A DNA stretch of 64,000 nt, from the IMG/VR virus record IMGVR_UViG_3300002131_000090, positions 1-64,000 of that record; one strand, 5' to 3'. The position numbers and the translations under genes were made by a program. Below, piece by piece: positions 18,591 to 28,190 of this stretch; position 1 is the stretch's first letter; each line of letters opens with the position of its first letter. The stretch is from a virus. The notes under the pieces were generated by a model. That model had not been told where the DNA came from and did no database searches. It saw only the letters and a program-made list of their open reading frames with translations.

Positions 18591-19070
18591 ATGACAATTA
18601 AAAAAGCTAAACCAGATTTAAACAAAGACGGCAAGAACGATTTTAAAGATGTGCAAATTGCTCGTAGAAATGCAGCAGCAACAGCAGATAAGAAAAAAGT
18701 TAAAGAAGGTTTGGGCGATATGGCGCATCTTGCTGAGCAAGATCATGAAGTACAAATGGCTCGTGCTGAATTATATAAAATTGCAAAGTATGCTATTAAG
18801 CTACACGACATGCTTAAAACAGTTTCAGAGGCAGAAGGCATTGAAGGTTGGCAACAAGCTAAGATTACCAAAGCAGCAGATTATATTGGTAGTGTGTACC
18901 ATGCAATGGAATACGATCAAATGTCTCCTGCAACAGAAGGTGCAAAAACTTTTAAAACTTCAATGACCGAAGCCGAAGTTACAGCATATAAAACAAAATT
19001 AGCAAAAGCAACAACAAAAATACAAAACGAATTTACTGGTTTACAAAAGGTAAATGCTAAGAATAAATGA
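18591..19070 (+). CDS. Hypothetical, probable head protein
   Basis: DLNKDGKNDFKD; DHEVQMARAELYK...EGWQQAKITKAADY. Confidence 0.7.
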   Translation: MTIKKAKPDLNKDGKNDFKDVQIARRNAAATADKKKVKEGLGDMAHLAEQDHEVQMARAELYKIAKYAIKLHDMLKTVSEAEGIEGWQQAKITKAADYIGSVYHAMEYDQMSPATEGAKTFKTSMTEAEVTAYKTKLAKATTKIQNEFTGLQKVNAKNK

Positions 19071-19663
19071 TAACTGCCGAAGACATCGTCTGGAAAAATA
19101 TTAGCCCAGACGATATTTGGGTAATGGACAAACTTATACTAGCTCGTAAAATGTTTTATAATAGTGGCCCGGTCGGACTTGATGTTCCGCATCCGGGCTT
19201 TTATATTGTTCGACCTTGTGTCAATATGCTGGGACTAGGATTGGGTGCAACAAAGATGTGGCTTGAAAAAGACACTTGCGATTTACCCTACGGTCACTTT
19301 TGGTGCGAATGGTTTGAAGGTAGACATCTTAGTATAGATTATTATCAGGGTAAACAAGTGTTAGCAGTTAAAGGCACAAAACCGTCAACTACATTTACTA
19401 AATGGACACATTGGGTTCGTGTTGCCGATCGTATTAAACTGCCTAGTATATTAAGCGATCTTGCTACCAGACACGAGTGGATCAACTGCGAGTTTATACA
19501 TGGTAAACTTATTGAAGTACATCTACGACACAATGAAGACTTTGACGGCGGTATAATACACTTTATACCTGTATGGAAAGGCGAATCAACTGTTCCTCCT
19601 GAAGGATACACGTATCGAGAATATCCGGATATGCACGGTCGCATAGGTGCTTTTGTTAAATAA
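19067..19663 (+). CDS. Possible minimal ATP-grasp-fold protein
   Basis: DKL, YIVRP..N..G.G.GA, CEWFEG, S.DY, EVHLR pattern resembles ATP-grasp motifs. Confidence 0.45.
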   Translation: MITAEDIVWKNISPDDIWVMDKLILARKMFYNSGPVGLDVPHPGFYIVRPCVNMLGLGLGATKMWLEKDTCDLPYGHFWCEWFEGRHLSIDYYQGKQVLAVKGTKPSTTFTKWTHWVRVADRIKLPSILSDLATRHEWINCEFIHGKLIEVHLRHNEDFDGGIIHFIPVWKGESTVPPEGYTYREYPDMHGRIGAFVK

Positions 19664-19667
19664 ATCA

Positions 19668-19696
19668 TTGACAACTACTAAAATATAATGTATATT
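19668..19696 (+). promoter_or_regulatory. Sigma70-type promoter
   Basis: TTGACA-17-TATATT upstream of the replication genes. Confidence 0.65.
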
Positions 19697-19715
19697 ATAA
19701 AAAAAGGAGTACTAT

Positions 19716-19982
19716 ATGAGCGACCGTGTCTATGGAACAGAAGAAAAAGCAAAACTTGAACGTCTTGTTAAAGAAGCAGTAAGTGTATTGCAAGAAGTTG
19801 AAGATTTACAAGGCGGATTAAAAGATACCATCAAAGCAGTAGCAGATGAACTAAACATTAAACCAAGCCTTATTAATAAAGCAATTAAAATTGCACAAAA
19901 ACGTGACTGGAGTCGTGTACAAGAAGAGTTTGACGACTTAGAAACTCTTGTAGTTACAGTAGGCTACGATACTGATGCATAA
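19716..19982 (+). CDS. dsDNA-binding protein (T4 DsbA / GapR-like)
   Basis: 88-aa helical protein, LKDTIKAVADELNIKPSLINKAIKIA. Confidence 0.6.
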   Translation: MSDRVYGTEEKAKLERLVKEAVSVLQEVEDLQGGLKDTIKAVADELNIKPSLINKAIKIAQKRDWSRVQEEFDDLETLVVTVGYDTDA

Positions 19983-20193
19983 AGATCTGTTAGGTAATAC
20001 TATTACTAATAACTGTAGTGTAGTGTACCCAACACATAACCAATTAGGTGTAGGTACAATACACCATGTTACACCTAAAATGGTATGTATTAATCCAATA
20101 GGAAAACAGTCTATACATAGAAAATATCCATACGAAGTATTAGTAGTCGATGATTCTAAAGTTACACTTTATATTCTTAAAAATAGTAAATAA
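19975..20193 (+). CDS. Hypothetical protein
   Basis: KDLLGN.I...VVY...TPKMV small SH3-like pattern. Confidence 0.6.
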   Translation: MHKDLLGNTITNNCSVVYPTHNQLGVGTIHHVTPKMVCINPIGKQSIHRKYPYEVLVVDDSKVTLYILKNSK

Positions 20194-20230
20194 AAGCAGA
20201 GTCGTTCACTTTAAGAACAGGTTTAAGGTA

Positions 20231-20253
20231 TGCAGGCCACAAGCTGCAAGGAG
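20231..20253 (+). promoter_or_regulatory. Candidate translational operator hairpin of the DNA polymerase gene
   Basis: TGCAG-GCCACAAG-CTGCA directly followed by SD AGGAG. Confidence 0.4.
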
Positions 20254-20259
20254 AACTAA

Positions 20260-22947
20260 ATGCCATATGTAGACGGTTATTTTGACCGAGATGCTGACAC
20301 TATACGTGTTGTAGAACGTAAAGACGGAAAACGATATTTCCAAGACTATCAAGCAAAATATACATTTTATTATGAAGATCAAAAAGGCAAATACAAAAGT
20401 GTCTTTGGAGATCCGCTAAGTCGTATTGTTTGTAAAAATACAAAAGACTTTAGAAAAGAACTTGCTATCAACAAAGGCAAGACTATGTTTGAATCAGACA
20501 TTAATCCAATCTTTCAATGTTTGAGTGAGAACTATATTAACCAAGATGCTCCAAAACTAAACGTAGCATTTTGGGATATCGAGACGGACTACGATCCAGA
20601 GCGTGGATTTGCTCCGACAGACGATCCATTTATGCCCATTACTGCTATTACTGTACACTTACAGTGGCTAGAGTTGCTTATTACACTTGCTGTTCCTCCC
20701 AAAGGATTACCGTTTGAACAAGCACAAGCCATGTGTGATAAGAGGTGGGGCGAGAACTGTATTCTATTTCCTAATGATAAAGAAGGCAATGGCGAACGTG
20801 CCATGCTTCAAATGTTTTTAGACTTAATTGAAGATGCTGATATTCACAGTGGATGGAACAGCGAAGGATATGACGTTCCGTATACAGTTAATCGTATTAA
20901 ACGTGTACTGAGTAATGACGACACAAGACGTTTCTGCTTGTGGGGTCAGTTGCCTAAGAAGCGTGAATATGAAAAATATGGCAAAATGAGTGAAACATAT
21001 GATACTATCGGAAGAGTACATATGGACTATCTTAACCTGTATCGCAAATATACTTACGAAGAACGTCACAGTTATCGACTTGATGCCATTGGCGAAATGG
21101 AAATTGGTGAGAACAAAACAGTTTACGAAGGTACACTAGACCAGTTGTACAACAACGACTTTGAAACGTTTATTGAATACAATAGACAAGACGTTGCGTT
21201 GCTTGACAAGCTGGATAAGAAGCTAAAGTTTATCGATCTTGCTAATGTGCTTGCTCATGAAAATACTGTGCTACTACAAACAACAGCAGGCGCAGTTGCT
21301 CTTACTGAACAAGCTATTATTAACGAAGCACATAGACGTGGCTTCCAAGTTCCTAATCGAAAAAACCACGAAGGCAACACAGCAGCCGCAGGTGCGTATG
21401 TTGCGTTTCCTAAAAAAGGTGTTCATGAATGGATTGGATCAATGGATTTGAACAGTCTGTATCCAAGTGTTATTCGAAGCATGAATATGGCACCAGAGAG
21501 TATTGTAGGACAACTACGACAAGATTTAACTGAAGCAATGCTACATGAAGAAACAGTTCTTAAAAAGAAAAGTTTTGCTGGGGCTTGGGAAGGACGTTTT
21601 GGTACACTCGAATACGAAGCTGTTATAGATCAACGTAAAGATGTAATGCTTAAATTAGATTTTGAAAACGGCGAAAGTCATGCTTTAAGTGCTGCTGAAA
21701 TATATAAACTTATTTTTGATAGTCATAATCCATGGATGCTTAGTGCTAATGGGACAATCTTTACACATGAGTTTGAAGCTGTTATTCCAGGATTGCTAAA
21801 GCGTTGGTATAGCGAACGTAAAGACTTGCAAAAAATGTTGAAGAAGGCAAAGGATGCAAAAAATTCAGCAGAGATTGAATATTGGGATAAACGTCAGTTA
21901 GTTAAAAAGATTAACTTGAACAGTTTATATGGTGCTATTCTTAATCCTGGATGTAGATTCTTTGATAAACGTATTGGTCAATCAACTACGTTAAGCGGTA
22001 GACAAATTGTTAAACACATGAGTGCCGAAGTTAATAATATTATTACAGGCGAATATGATCATGTAGGTAAAGCAGTTATCTACGGTGATACAGACAGTGT
22101 TTATTTTAGTGCGTGGCCGATGCTTAAAGATGATGTTGCAGCAGGTAAAGTTCCGTGGTCAAAAGAAAATGCTATTCAGTTGTATGATCAAATTGCCGAT
22201 AAAGCAAATACTACATTTCCAGATTTTATGATGAGGGCATTTCATTGTCCAAAAAGTCGTAGTGATGTTATTGCCGCTGGTCGTGAAATTGTTGCAGAAA
22301 CTGGATTGTTTATTACTAAGAAACGTTATGCTGCATTGGTTACAGACATCGAAGGGTTTAGAACAGATATAGATGGCAAACCGGGTAAAGTTAAAGCAAT
22401 GGGCTTAGACTTGAAACGTAGTGATACTCCGGTATTCATGCAAAACTTTTTGAAAGACTTGTTGGATATGGTTCTTCAGAAAAAGCCTGAAAAAGAAATA
22501 CTCGATGCTATCAGTGAGTTCCGTAAGTTGTTTAAAGAACGTCCTGGATTTGAAAAAGGCTCGCCAAAACGTGCAAACAAAGTCGGACACTATCGTCGCT
22601 TAGAAGAGAAAGCTGGAAAAGCTAACATGCCCGGACACGTTAGAGCAAGTCTTAACTGGAATACACTCAAGCGTATGAACGGCGACAAGTACTCGCAGGA
22701 GATTGTTGACGGTATGAAAGTTATTGTTTGCAAACTAAAAGCCAATCCACTAGGATATACTAGTGTTGCTTATCCAACAGACGAGCTTCGTATTCCAGAA
22801 TGGTTTAAAGAACTGCCGTTTGATGACGATTCAATGGAAGAAGTTATTATTGATAATAAACTAGACAATCTCATTGGCGTGCTAGACTACGATATCGAAA
22901 GTACTAAACAAAAAACAACATTTAATAACTTATTTGATTGGGGATGA
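20260..22947 (+). CDS. Family B DNA polymerase (gp43-like) with 3'-5' exonuclease
   Basis: DIETD, GWNSEGYD, YNRQD, DLNSLYPS, KINLNSLYG, YGDTDS, KKRY. Confidence 0.97.
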   Translation: MPYVDGYFDRDADTIRVVERKDGKRYFQDYQAKYTFYYEDQKGKYKSVFGDPLSRIVCKNTKDFRKELAINKGKTMFESDINPIFQCLSENYINQDAPKLNVAFWDIETDYDPERGFAPTDDPFMPITAITVHLQWLELLITLAVPPKGLPFEQAQAMCDKRWGENCILFPNDKEGNGERAMLQMFLDLIEDADIHSGWNSEGYDVPYTVNRIKRVLSNDDTRRFCLWGQLPKKREYEKYGKMSETYDTIGRVHMDYLNLYRKYTYEERHSYRLDAIGEMEIGENKTVYEGTLDQLYNNDFETFIEYNRQDVALLDKLDKKLKFIDLANVLAHENTVLLQTTAGAVALTEQAIINEAHRRGFQVPNRKNHEGNTAAAGAYVAFPKKGVHEWIGSMDLNSLYPSVIRSMNMAPESIVGQLRQDLTEAMLHEETVLKKKSFAGAWEGRFGTLEYEAVIDQRKDVMLKLDFENGESHALSAAEIYKLIFDSHNPWMLSANGTIFTHEFEAVIPGLLKRWYSERKDLQKMLKKAKDAKNSAEIEYWDKRQLVKKINLNSLYGAILNPGCRFFDKRIGQSTTLSGRQIVKHMSAEVNNIITGEYDHVGKAVIYGDTDSVYFSAWPMLKDDVAAGKVPWSKENAIQLYDQIADKANTTFPDFMMRAFHCPKSRSDVIAAGREIVAETGLFITKKRYAALVTDIEGFRTDIDGKPGKVKAMGLDLKRSDTPVFMQNFLKDLLDMVLQKKPEKEILDAISEFRKLFKERPGFEKGSPKRANKVGHYRRLEEKAGKANMPGHVRASLNWNTLKRMNGDKYSQEIVDGMKVIVCKLKANPLGYTSVAYPTDELRIPEWFKELPFDDDSMEEVIIDNKLDNLIGVLDYDIESTKQKTTFNNLFDWG

Positions 22948-22948
22948 T

Positions 22949-23083
22949 ATGCGTATATTATTAATATTAATATTATTAACTGGATGTGCTAACATACAAG
23001 ATAACACAACTACAGGTGATAAACTTATTATCAGTGGTGCGTTGCTAACAATGGGTATGTTTATAGGAGCAGTATCAAATTGA
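22949..23083 (+). CDS. Small lipoprotein (44 aa, not in the ORF track)
   Basis: MRILLILILLTGC lipobox, C-terminal hydrophobic helix; fills the gap between neighbours exactly. Confidence 0.65.
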   Translation: MRILLILILLTGCANIQDNTTTGDKLIISGALLTMGMFIGAVSN

Positions 23084-23496
23084 AAGTAGGAATTACATTT
23101 AGTACATTTGATTTATTACATCCTGGGCACATTGGTATGCTACGTGAAGCAAAGGAACACTGCGAATATCTTATTGTAGGGTTACAAACTGACCCTACAA
23201 TTAATAGACCGGACACTAAAAATAAACCTGTACAAACATTAGTTGAAAGATATGCTCAACTCAATGCTGTAAAGTTTATTGATGAAATTGTACCTTACGA
23301 AACCGAACAAGATCTTATTGATATATTGGAGTTATTCCATATTGATGTGAGATTTCTAGGAGAAGAATATAGAGAAAAAGAGTTCTCAGGTAAAGATGTA
23401 TGCCGTAAACGCGGCATCGAATTGCATTTTAATAAACGTGATCATAGATTCAGTAGCAGTGATCTACGTAAGCGAGTAGCAGAGGCCAATAAATGA
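23080..23496 (+). CDS. Cytidylyltransferase (TagD-like)
   Basis: TFDLLHPGH, LIVGLQTDP, RDHRFSSS. Confidence 0.9.
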   Translation: MKVGITFSTFDLLHPGHIGMLREAKEHCEYLIVGLQTDPTINRPDTKNKPVQTLVERYAQLNAVKFIDEIVPYETEQDLIDILELFHIDVRFLGEEYREKEFSGKDVCRKRGIELHFNKRDHRFSSSDLRKRVAEANK

Positions 23497-24203
23497 ATAA
23501 ATTTATATTTGACGTAGACGGAACACTTACACCAAGTAGACAACGCATTGATGCTAAGTTTGAAGAATGGTTTTATCAATTTTGTTGTGACAATGAAGTA
23601 TATCTTGTTACAGGTAGTGATTATCCTAAAACAGTAGAACAACTTGGTGAACGTATTGTACATCGAGTTAAGGCTGTATATAACTGTTCAGGCAACGATG
23701 TGTGGTCACATGGTGAAAATATTAAACGTAATAATTGGACTATGCTAGACGAGCTACGCAAACTATGTGAAAGCTGGTTACATGTGAGTAAATTTCCGTT
23801 GCGTACTGGACTACACTTAGAAGAACGTCCGGGTACAGTAAACTTCAGTATTGTAGGACGTAATGCTACTATGAAAGAACGTCAACTGTATGTTGCACAC
23901 GACGAAGTATACAGAGAACGTGAAAGTATAGCATTACAAATTAACATGATATTTGAGGATGTTACTGCTAAGATTGGTGGTGATACAGGCATTGACATTT
24001 ATCCAACAGGATATGATAAAGGTCAGATTATAAACGATTTTAATTTAAAAGAAGATCGTCTTTATTTCTTTGGTGATAAAACATTACCAGGAGGTAATGA
24101 CGAGCCACTTGCTAAGTTGATTAAACACAGCTATCAAGTCAAAGGATGGCAAGACACATATGAGAGATTAGCATATTTACAGGAGGCAAAGATAACAGCA
24201 TGA
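23493..24203 (+). CDS. HAD-IIB phosphomannomutase-like enzyme
   Basis: FDVDGTLT, VTGSD, NFSIVGR, FFGDK..PGGND. Confidence 0.88.
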   Translation: MNKFIFDVDGTLTPSRQRIDAKFEEWFYQFCCDNEVYLVTGSDYPKTVEQLGERIVHRVKAVYNCSGNDVWSHGENIKRNNWTMLDELRKLCESWLHVSKFPLRTGLHLEERPGTVNFSIVGRNATMKERQLYVAHDEVYRERESIALQINMIFEDVTAKIGGDTGIDIYPTGYDKGQIINDFNLKEDRLYFFGDKTLPGGNDEPLAKLIKHSYQVKGWQDTYERLAYLQEAKITA

Positions 24204-24958
24204 TAATTATAGCAGGATTTGGGTTTGTTGGAAAAGCATATTATAATACATTAAAGCGCAGTACCGATGTAATTGCAGTTGACCCAAAATTTAATGACAC
24301 AAAAATAAAAGATATTAGTCCGTTAAACGGATTAATTGTGTGTGTTCCGACACCGCAAGACGATGATGGCAGTTGCTATATGGGGCATGTATACGATGTA
24401 ATAGCAGACACGCCATTACATGTACCAGTAATGATAAAAAGTACAATTAGTTTAGATGGATGGAAAGAACTAGAATCAAGATTTCCAGAACATGCAATTA
24501 CTTTTAGTCCAGAATTTTTAAGAGCTGCTACTGCAGAAGAAGATGTGCTTAATACTACTCATTCGTTCATTGCTGGCGGTAATACTGATTATTGGCGTGA
24601 TGTATACAGTATTGCATTTCCTGATATTAAAATATCTATTTGTAACCCAGAAGATGCAATTGCTATAAAATATTTTAGAAATAGCTTTCTTGCTACAAAA
24701 TGCAGCTTTTTTAATGAGATATTTATTTTTTGCGAGCAAATGGGACTTAATTACGATACGGTTAGATACGGTGTATCGGTTGATAAACGTATTGGTGAAA
24801 GTCACACATTTATTGAACCACACTCAAGAGGATGGGGAGGATACTGTTTTCCTAAAGATACAGCAGCATTGTTAAAGATGGCAGCAAATAATAATATTAA
24901 TCTAAATACATTAGAAGCAGCAGTTAACTCAAATAAAAATATAAGAAATAACACTTGA
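24200..24958 (+). CDS. UDP-glucose/GDP-mannose dehydrogenase family (short form)
   Basis: GFGFVG, CVPTP, KST, PEFL, KYFRN, GGYCFPKD. Confidence 0.88.
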   Translation: MIIIAGFGFVGKAYYNTLKRSTDVIAVDPKFNDTKIKDISPLNGLIVCVPTPQDDDGSCYMGHVYDVIADTPLHVPVMIKSTISLDGWKELESRFPEHAITFSPEFLRAATAEEDVLNTTHSFIAGGNTDYWRDVYSIAFPDIKISICNPEDAIAIKYFRNSFLATKCSFFNEIFIFCEQMGLNYDTVRYGVSVDKRIGESHTFIEPHSRGWGGYCFPKDTAALLKMAANNNINLNTLEAAVNSNKNIRNNT

Positions 24959-24983
24959 CAAACAATAACCTATATCATATACT
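24955..24983 (+). promoter_or_regulatory. Sigma70-type promoter
   Basis: TTGACA-17-TATACT. Confidence 0.7.
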
Positions 24984-25007
24984 AAACACAGCAATATGGA
25001 GAAATAC

Positions 25008-25736
25008 ATGAAAGACATTCTACAAGACATCGTAAGCCACACACATTCGTTAGGCTTTATTACTACACTTAAAGTTACAGCAGAAGAAGCAACTACAATT
25101 GACTCAATGGCAGATGATCGTAGTATTATTATGACAGCAACTACAAATACCCCAGTTGGAGCATTTGTTGGTGTATTTGGTATGCCAGACTTGGGTAAAC
25201 TTGCCTATCACTTAAAAAATCCAGAGTATCGTGAAAATGCTAAAATTGACGTTATCCAAGCAGAACGCAATGGCGAAACTATTCCAACGCATATTCACTT
25301 TGAAAATGAAGGCGGCGACTTCCAGAATGATTATCGCTTTATGAACAAAGCAATCATTGAAGAAAAACTTAAATCAGTTAAATTTAAAGGCAACAGCTGG
25401 GATGTAGAAATTACGCCAAGTATGGCGGCAATTCAGCGCATGAAACTTATGGCGGGTGCTCATAGTGAAGAAACTGTTTTCCAAGTCAAAACAGAGGACG
25501 GCGATCTTAACTTTTACTTTGGCGACTTGAATACACACGCTGGTAAGTTTACTTTCCAACACGGAATTACTGGTAAACTTACTCACACATGGGCATGGCC
25601 TGTAGCACAAACACTTGCTATTCTAAACTTGGATGGTGATAAAACTGTAAGTATTACAGATCAAGGTGCTATGAAAATCTCAGTAGATTCAGGTATGGCA
25701 AAATACGATTATATCCTTCCGGCGCAACAAAAATAA
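25008..25736 (+). CDS. Probable DNA sliding clamp (gp45/PCNA-like)
   Basis: ~242 aa, two alpha/beta repeats ending G.MKI.V......YDYILPA; near polB; GGAG SD before 25008. Confidence 0.6.
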   Translation: MKDILQDIVSHTHSLGFITTLKVTAEEATTIDSMADDRSIIMTATTNTPVGAFVGVFGMPDLGKLAYHLKNPEYRENAKIDVIQAERNGETIPTHIHFENEGGDFQNDYRFMNKAIIEEKLKSVKFKGNSWDVEITPSMAAIQRMKLMAGAHSEETVFQVKTEDGDLNFYFGDLNTHAGKFTFQHGITGKLTHTWAWPVAQTLAILNLDGDKTVSITDQGAMKISVDSGMAKYDYILPAQQK

Positions 25737-27274
25737 TGAATACTAACCTAACTGAATCACAAAACGACTATGCATTTTTCTTACCTAGTATTAGTGGCTT
25801 CTATGCTACTTTTATTGGGAAGCAACGCTACAGCGAGTATGTTGATCCAGCAAGGGTTCCGGCAGGCATTGGCACTGTAGAAGCAATGAACTTCCTCAAC
25901 GCTAAAGAAGGAGTGTTCCACTATAAGTGGGCACTCTATTCAGCTGGACATGCAGAGCTAGATGTAAACAAGCATAGTGAAAAAGAAGATATGCTTCGTA
26001 ACCGTGATAGAGATAATTCATGGTTGCTAGGCGACTCGGGTGGGTTTCAGATTGCTAAAGGTCTTTGGCCAGGTGATTGGACTGATCCAAACTGTCCACA
26101 TGCTGCTAAAAAGCGTGAACTAGTTGTTAACTGGATGGAAGAATATATGGATTACGGAATGATGTTGGATATTCCAACTTGGACATTCCAAGATCCTAAA
26201 GCAGCAAACGCAGCAAACATTCACAGCTATCAAGATGCTGTAGATGCTACACATATTAATGCTCGTTATTATATGGCTAACCGCCGTGGCAACTTTAAAG
26301 TACTAAATGTTCTACAAGGTAGCAATCATGGTGACGCAGACAGTTGGTATGAAGAATTTAAAGACTATTGTGATCCAGCTAAGTATCCAGACACCCACTT
26401 TAATGGATGGGCAATGGGCGGACAGAACATGTGTGATGTACATTTGATTCTGCGTAGACTTGTACACATGATCCACGATGGATTGCTAGAAGAAGGGTTA
26501 CATGATGTAATGCACTTCCTTGGTACTAGTAAACTAGAGTGGGCTGTACTGCTTACTGACATCCAACGTGCTGTTCGCAAGTATCATAATCCCAACTTTA
26601 TGATCACTTACGATTGTGCATCGCCGTTCCTTGCTACAGCTAATGGACAAATTTATCATAGTATTCGTATTGAAGATCGTGGCAAATGGAGTTACATGAT
26701 GAGTCCTGGAGCAGATTCTTTAAAATATGCTACAGATACACGCAAGTTTAGAGATGCTGTTATTACAGATCGTATTTTAGATGCGTTTGAAGACTCGCCA
26801 ATGAGCGTACACTGCAATATGAATGACATTTGTATCTATAACGAAGGCGATAAAAACAAGGTTGGATCTCCTAAAATTAAAGCAGGCGATATTGATATGG
26901 ATAAACATGGCAATCCTATTTTAGACGAATCTGGTAATACTATCATTCGCAAAAAAGATTCCACTAGTTGGGATAGTTTTAGTTATGCGCTACAAATGGG
27001 GCATAATGTCTGGATGCACATTGAAAGTACACAACGTGCCAACAGAGAATATGATGCCGGTAAGTTTCCGTATATGCTTATTGACGATAAGTGGGGTGTT
27101 AAGTTTAAAGAAGTAGTTGACGAAATCTTTAGTTTAAAAGATAGACAAAAAAGTTTAGACTTAATTGAACAACATGATCGTTTTTGGATGCAAGTTATTG
27201 GTACTAGACTTAACATTGGTAAGAAAACTGTAAACGCCAGTACAAAGTTCAACGAATTATTTGAGGAGAAGTAA
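25736..27274 (+). CDS. TGT-superfamily base-exchange enzyme (DpdA-like 7-deazaguanine insertase)
   Basis: DSGGFQ, MMLD, VLQG, GWAMGG, HFLG, YDCAS; no CxCxxC zinc site; clustered with folE/queD/queE. Confidence 0.82.
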   Translation: MNTNLTESQNDYAFFLPSISGFYATFIGKQRYSEYVDPARVPAGIGTVEAMNFLNAKEGVFHYKWALYSAGHAELDVNKHSEKEDMLRNRDRDNSWLLGDSGGFQIAKGLWPGDWTDPNCPHAAKKRELVVNWMEEYMDYGMMLDIPTWTFQDPKAANAANIHSYQDAVDATHINARYYMANRRGNFKVLNVLQGSNHGDADSWYEEFKDYCDPAKYPDTHFNGWAMGGQNMCDVHLILRRLVHMIHDGLLEEGLHDVMHFLGTSKLEWAVLLTDIQRAVRKYHNPNFMITYDCASPFLATANGQIYHSIRIEDRGKWSYMMSPGADSLKYATDTRKFRDAVITDRILDAFEDSPMSVHCNMNDICIYNEGDKNKVGSPKIKAGDIDMDKHGNPILDESGNTIIRKKDSTSWDSFSYALQMGHNVWMHIESTQRANREYDAGKFPYMLIDDKWGVKFKEVVDEIFSLKDRQKSLDLIEQHDRFWMQVIGTRLNIGKKTVNASTKFNELFEEK

Positions 27275-27484
27275 ATGTCTAATGATAGCCTTAGGGCACA
27301 CCTTGAAGAACTGAAAAGAAAACACAGATTATTAGATAGCGAAGTCGAGGACCTATTACAAAATCGTAACTACGATATTCAAATGCGTAAACTTAAAACA
27401 GAAAAACTTTGGCTTAAGGATGAAATACATAGAATTGAAACACAGCTCGAAACTATGGAGACTAGAATAAATGGACACACATGA
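27275..27484 (+). CDS. DUF465/YdcH-like coiled-coil protein
   Basis: L...H..LD.E......LK..KL.LKDEI. Confidence 0.7.
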   Translation: MSNDSLRAHLEELKRKHRLLDSEVEDLLQNRNYDIQMRKLKTEKLWLKDEIHRIETQLETMETRINGHT

Positions 27485-27644
27485 AAAAGAATTACGTTTA
27501 GACGCACTAAGTATAGCGTTAGAAGATCTCGACAAAATTATTGACAGTATGCAAAAAAACAACTATAGTAAAGAACAAGTTAACGAATATGTTAAAAAAC
27601 GTTGGACTATTTGGAATGAAATATATCAGGTGAGAAAAGCATGA
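27471..27644 (+). CDS. Small hypothetical protein (57 aa, not in the ORF track)
   Basis: MDTHEKELRL...YQVRKA; GGAG SD; ATGA-coupled to the next gene. Confidence 0.6.
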   Translation: MDTHEKELRLDALSIALEDLDKIIDSMQKNNYSKEQVNEYVKKRWTIWNEIYQVRKA

Positions 27645-28165
27645 AACGTGAATATGATAGCGGAACTAAAGAAGATGTACAATACTTTGTTGGTACAGAA
27701 GTTGAACATACTCCGCAGTATGGTAAGAAAACATTGTTTGTAGTTGGTATTAAAACTTCAGACGAAATAAAAGATATGGCAAAGAAAAACGGATGTAAGC
27801 ATATCTATTTGGCTGCTAATATGAGTTTTGATGTTACACACGATTCACAGGAGCAATGGCAACCTTGGGAAGATATGGCATTTCCATTGCTTAGTGATGG
27901 GTTCTGGGTTACACTAGATGTGCCAATCGACCGTGTCGAAGGATTACTCGAAACAGGGTTAACTGAACAAAATCGTTTTATTCCAATGATTTCGGCTAAA
28001 ATTCCGTACATCGATCAACTTGGATATAATGCTTGCTTAAAGATCGACGATAAAGATTTTGATGCTAGTAATCCCGGTGTTTGGGTACATAAGATACATG
28101 ATTTAAAAACAAGAGACTCTTTTACAGATTGGTCTAAATATACCACAGACGAAATTATAGGTTGA
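27641..28165 (+). CDS. Enzyme-like protein of unknown function in the deazaguanine locus
   Basis: 174 aa; G.EVEHTP, TLFVVG, HIY, KIDD.DF...NPGVW. Confidence 0.75.
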   Translation: MKREYDSGTKEDVQYFVGTEVEHTPQYGKKTLFVVGIKTSDEIKDMAKKNGCKHIYLAANMSFDVTHDSQEQWQPWEDMAFPLLSDGFWVTLDVPIDRVEGLLETGLTEQNRFIPMISAKIPYIDQLGYNACLKIDDKDFDASNPGVWVHKIHDLKTRDSFTDWSKYTTDEIIG

Positions 28166-28190
28166 CATTATGACAGAAGAATCGTATTAT
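28162..28190 (+). promoter_or_regulatory. Possible sigma70-type promoter
   Basis: TTGACA-17-TATTAT; shares AGGTTGACATTATGA with the promoter at 44651. Confidence 0.4.

Noticed and set aside
25736-27274. Ordinary tRNA-guanine transglycosylase (tgt)
   Set aside because: No CxCxxC zinc site, highly diverged, and located among replication genes; DNA targeting is more likely but unproven, so no symbol was assigned
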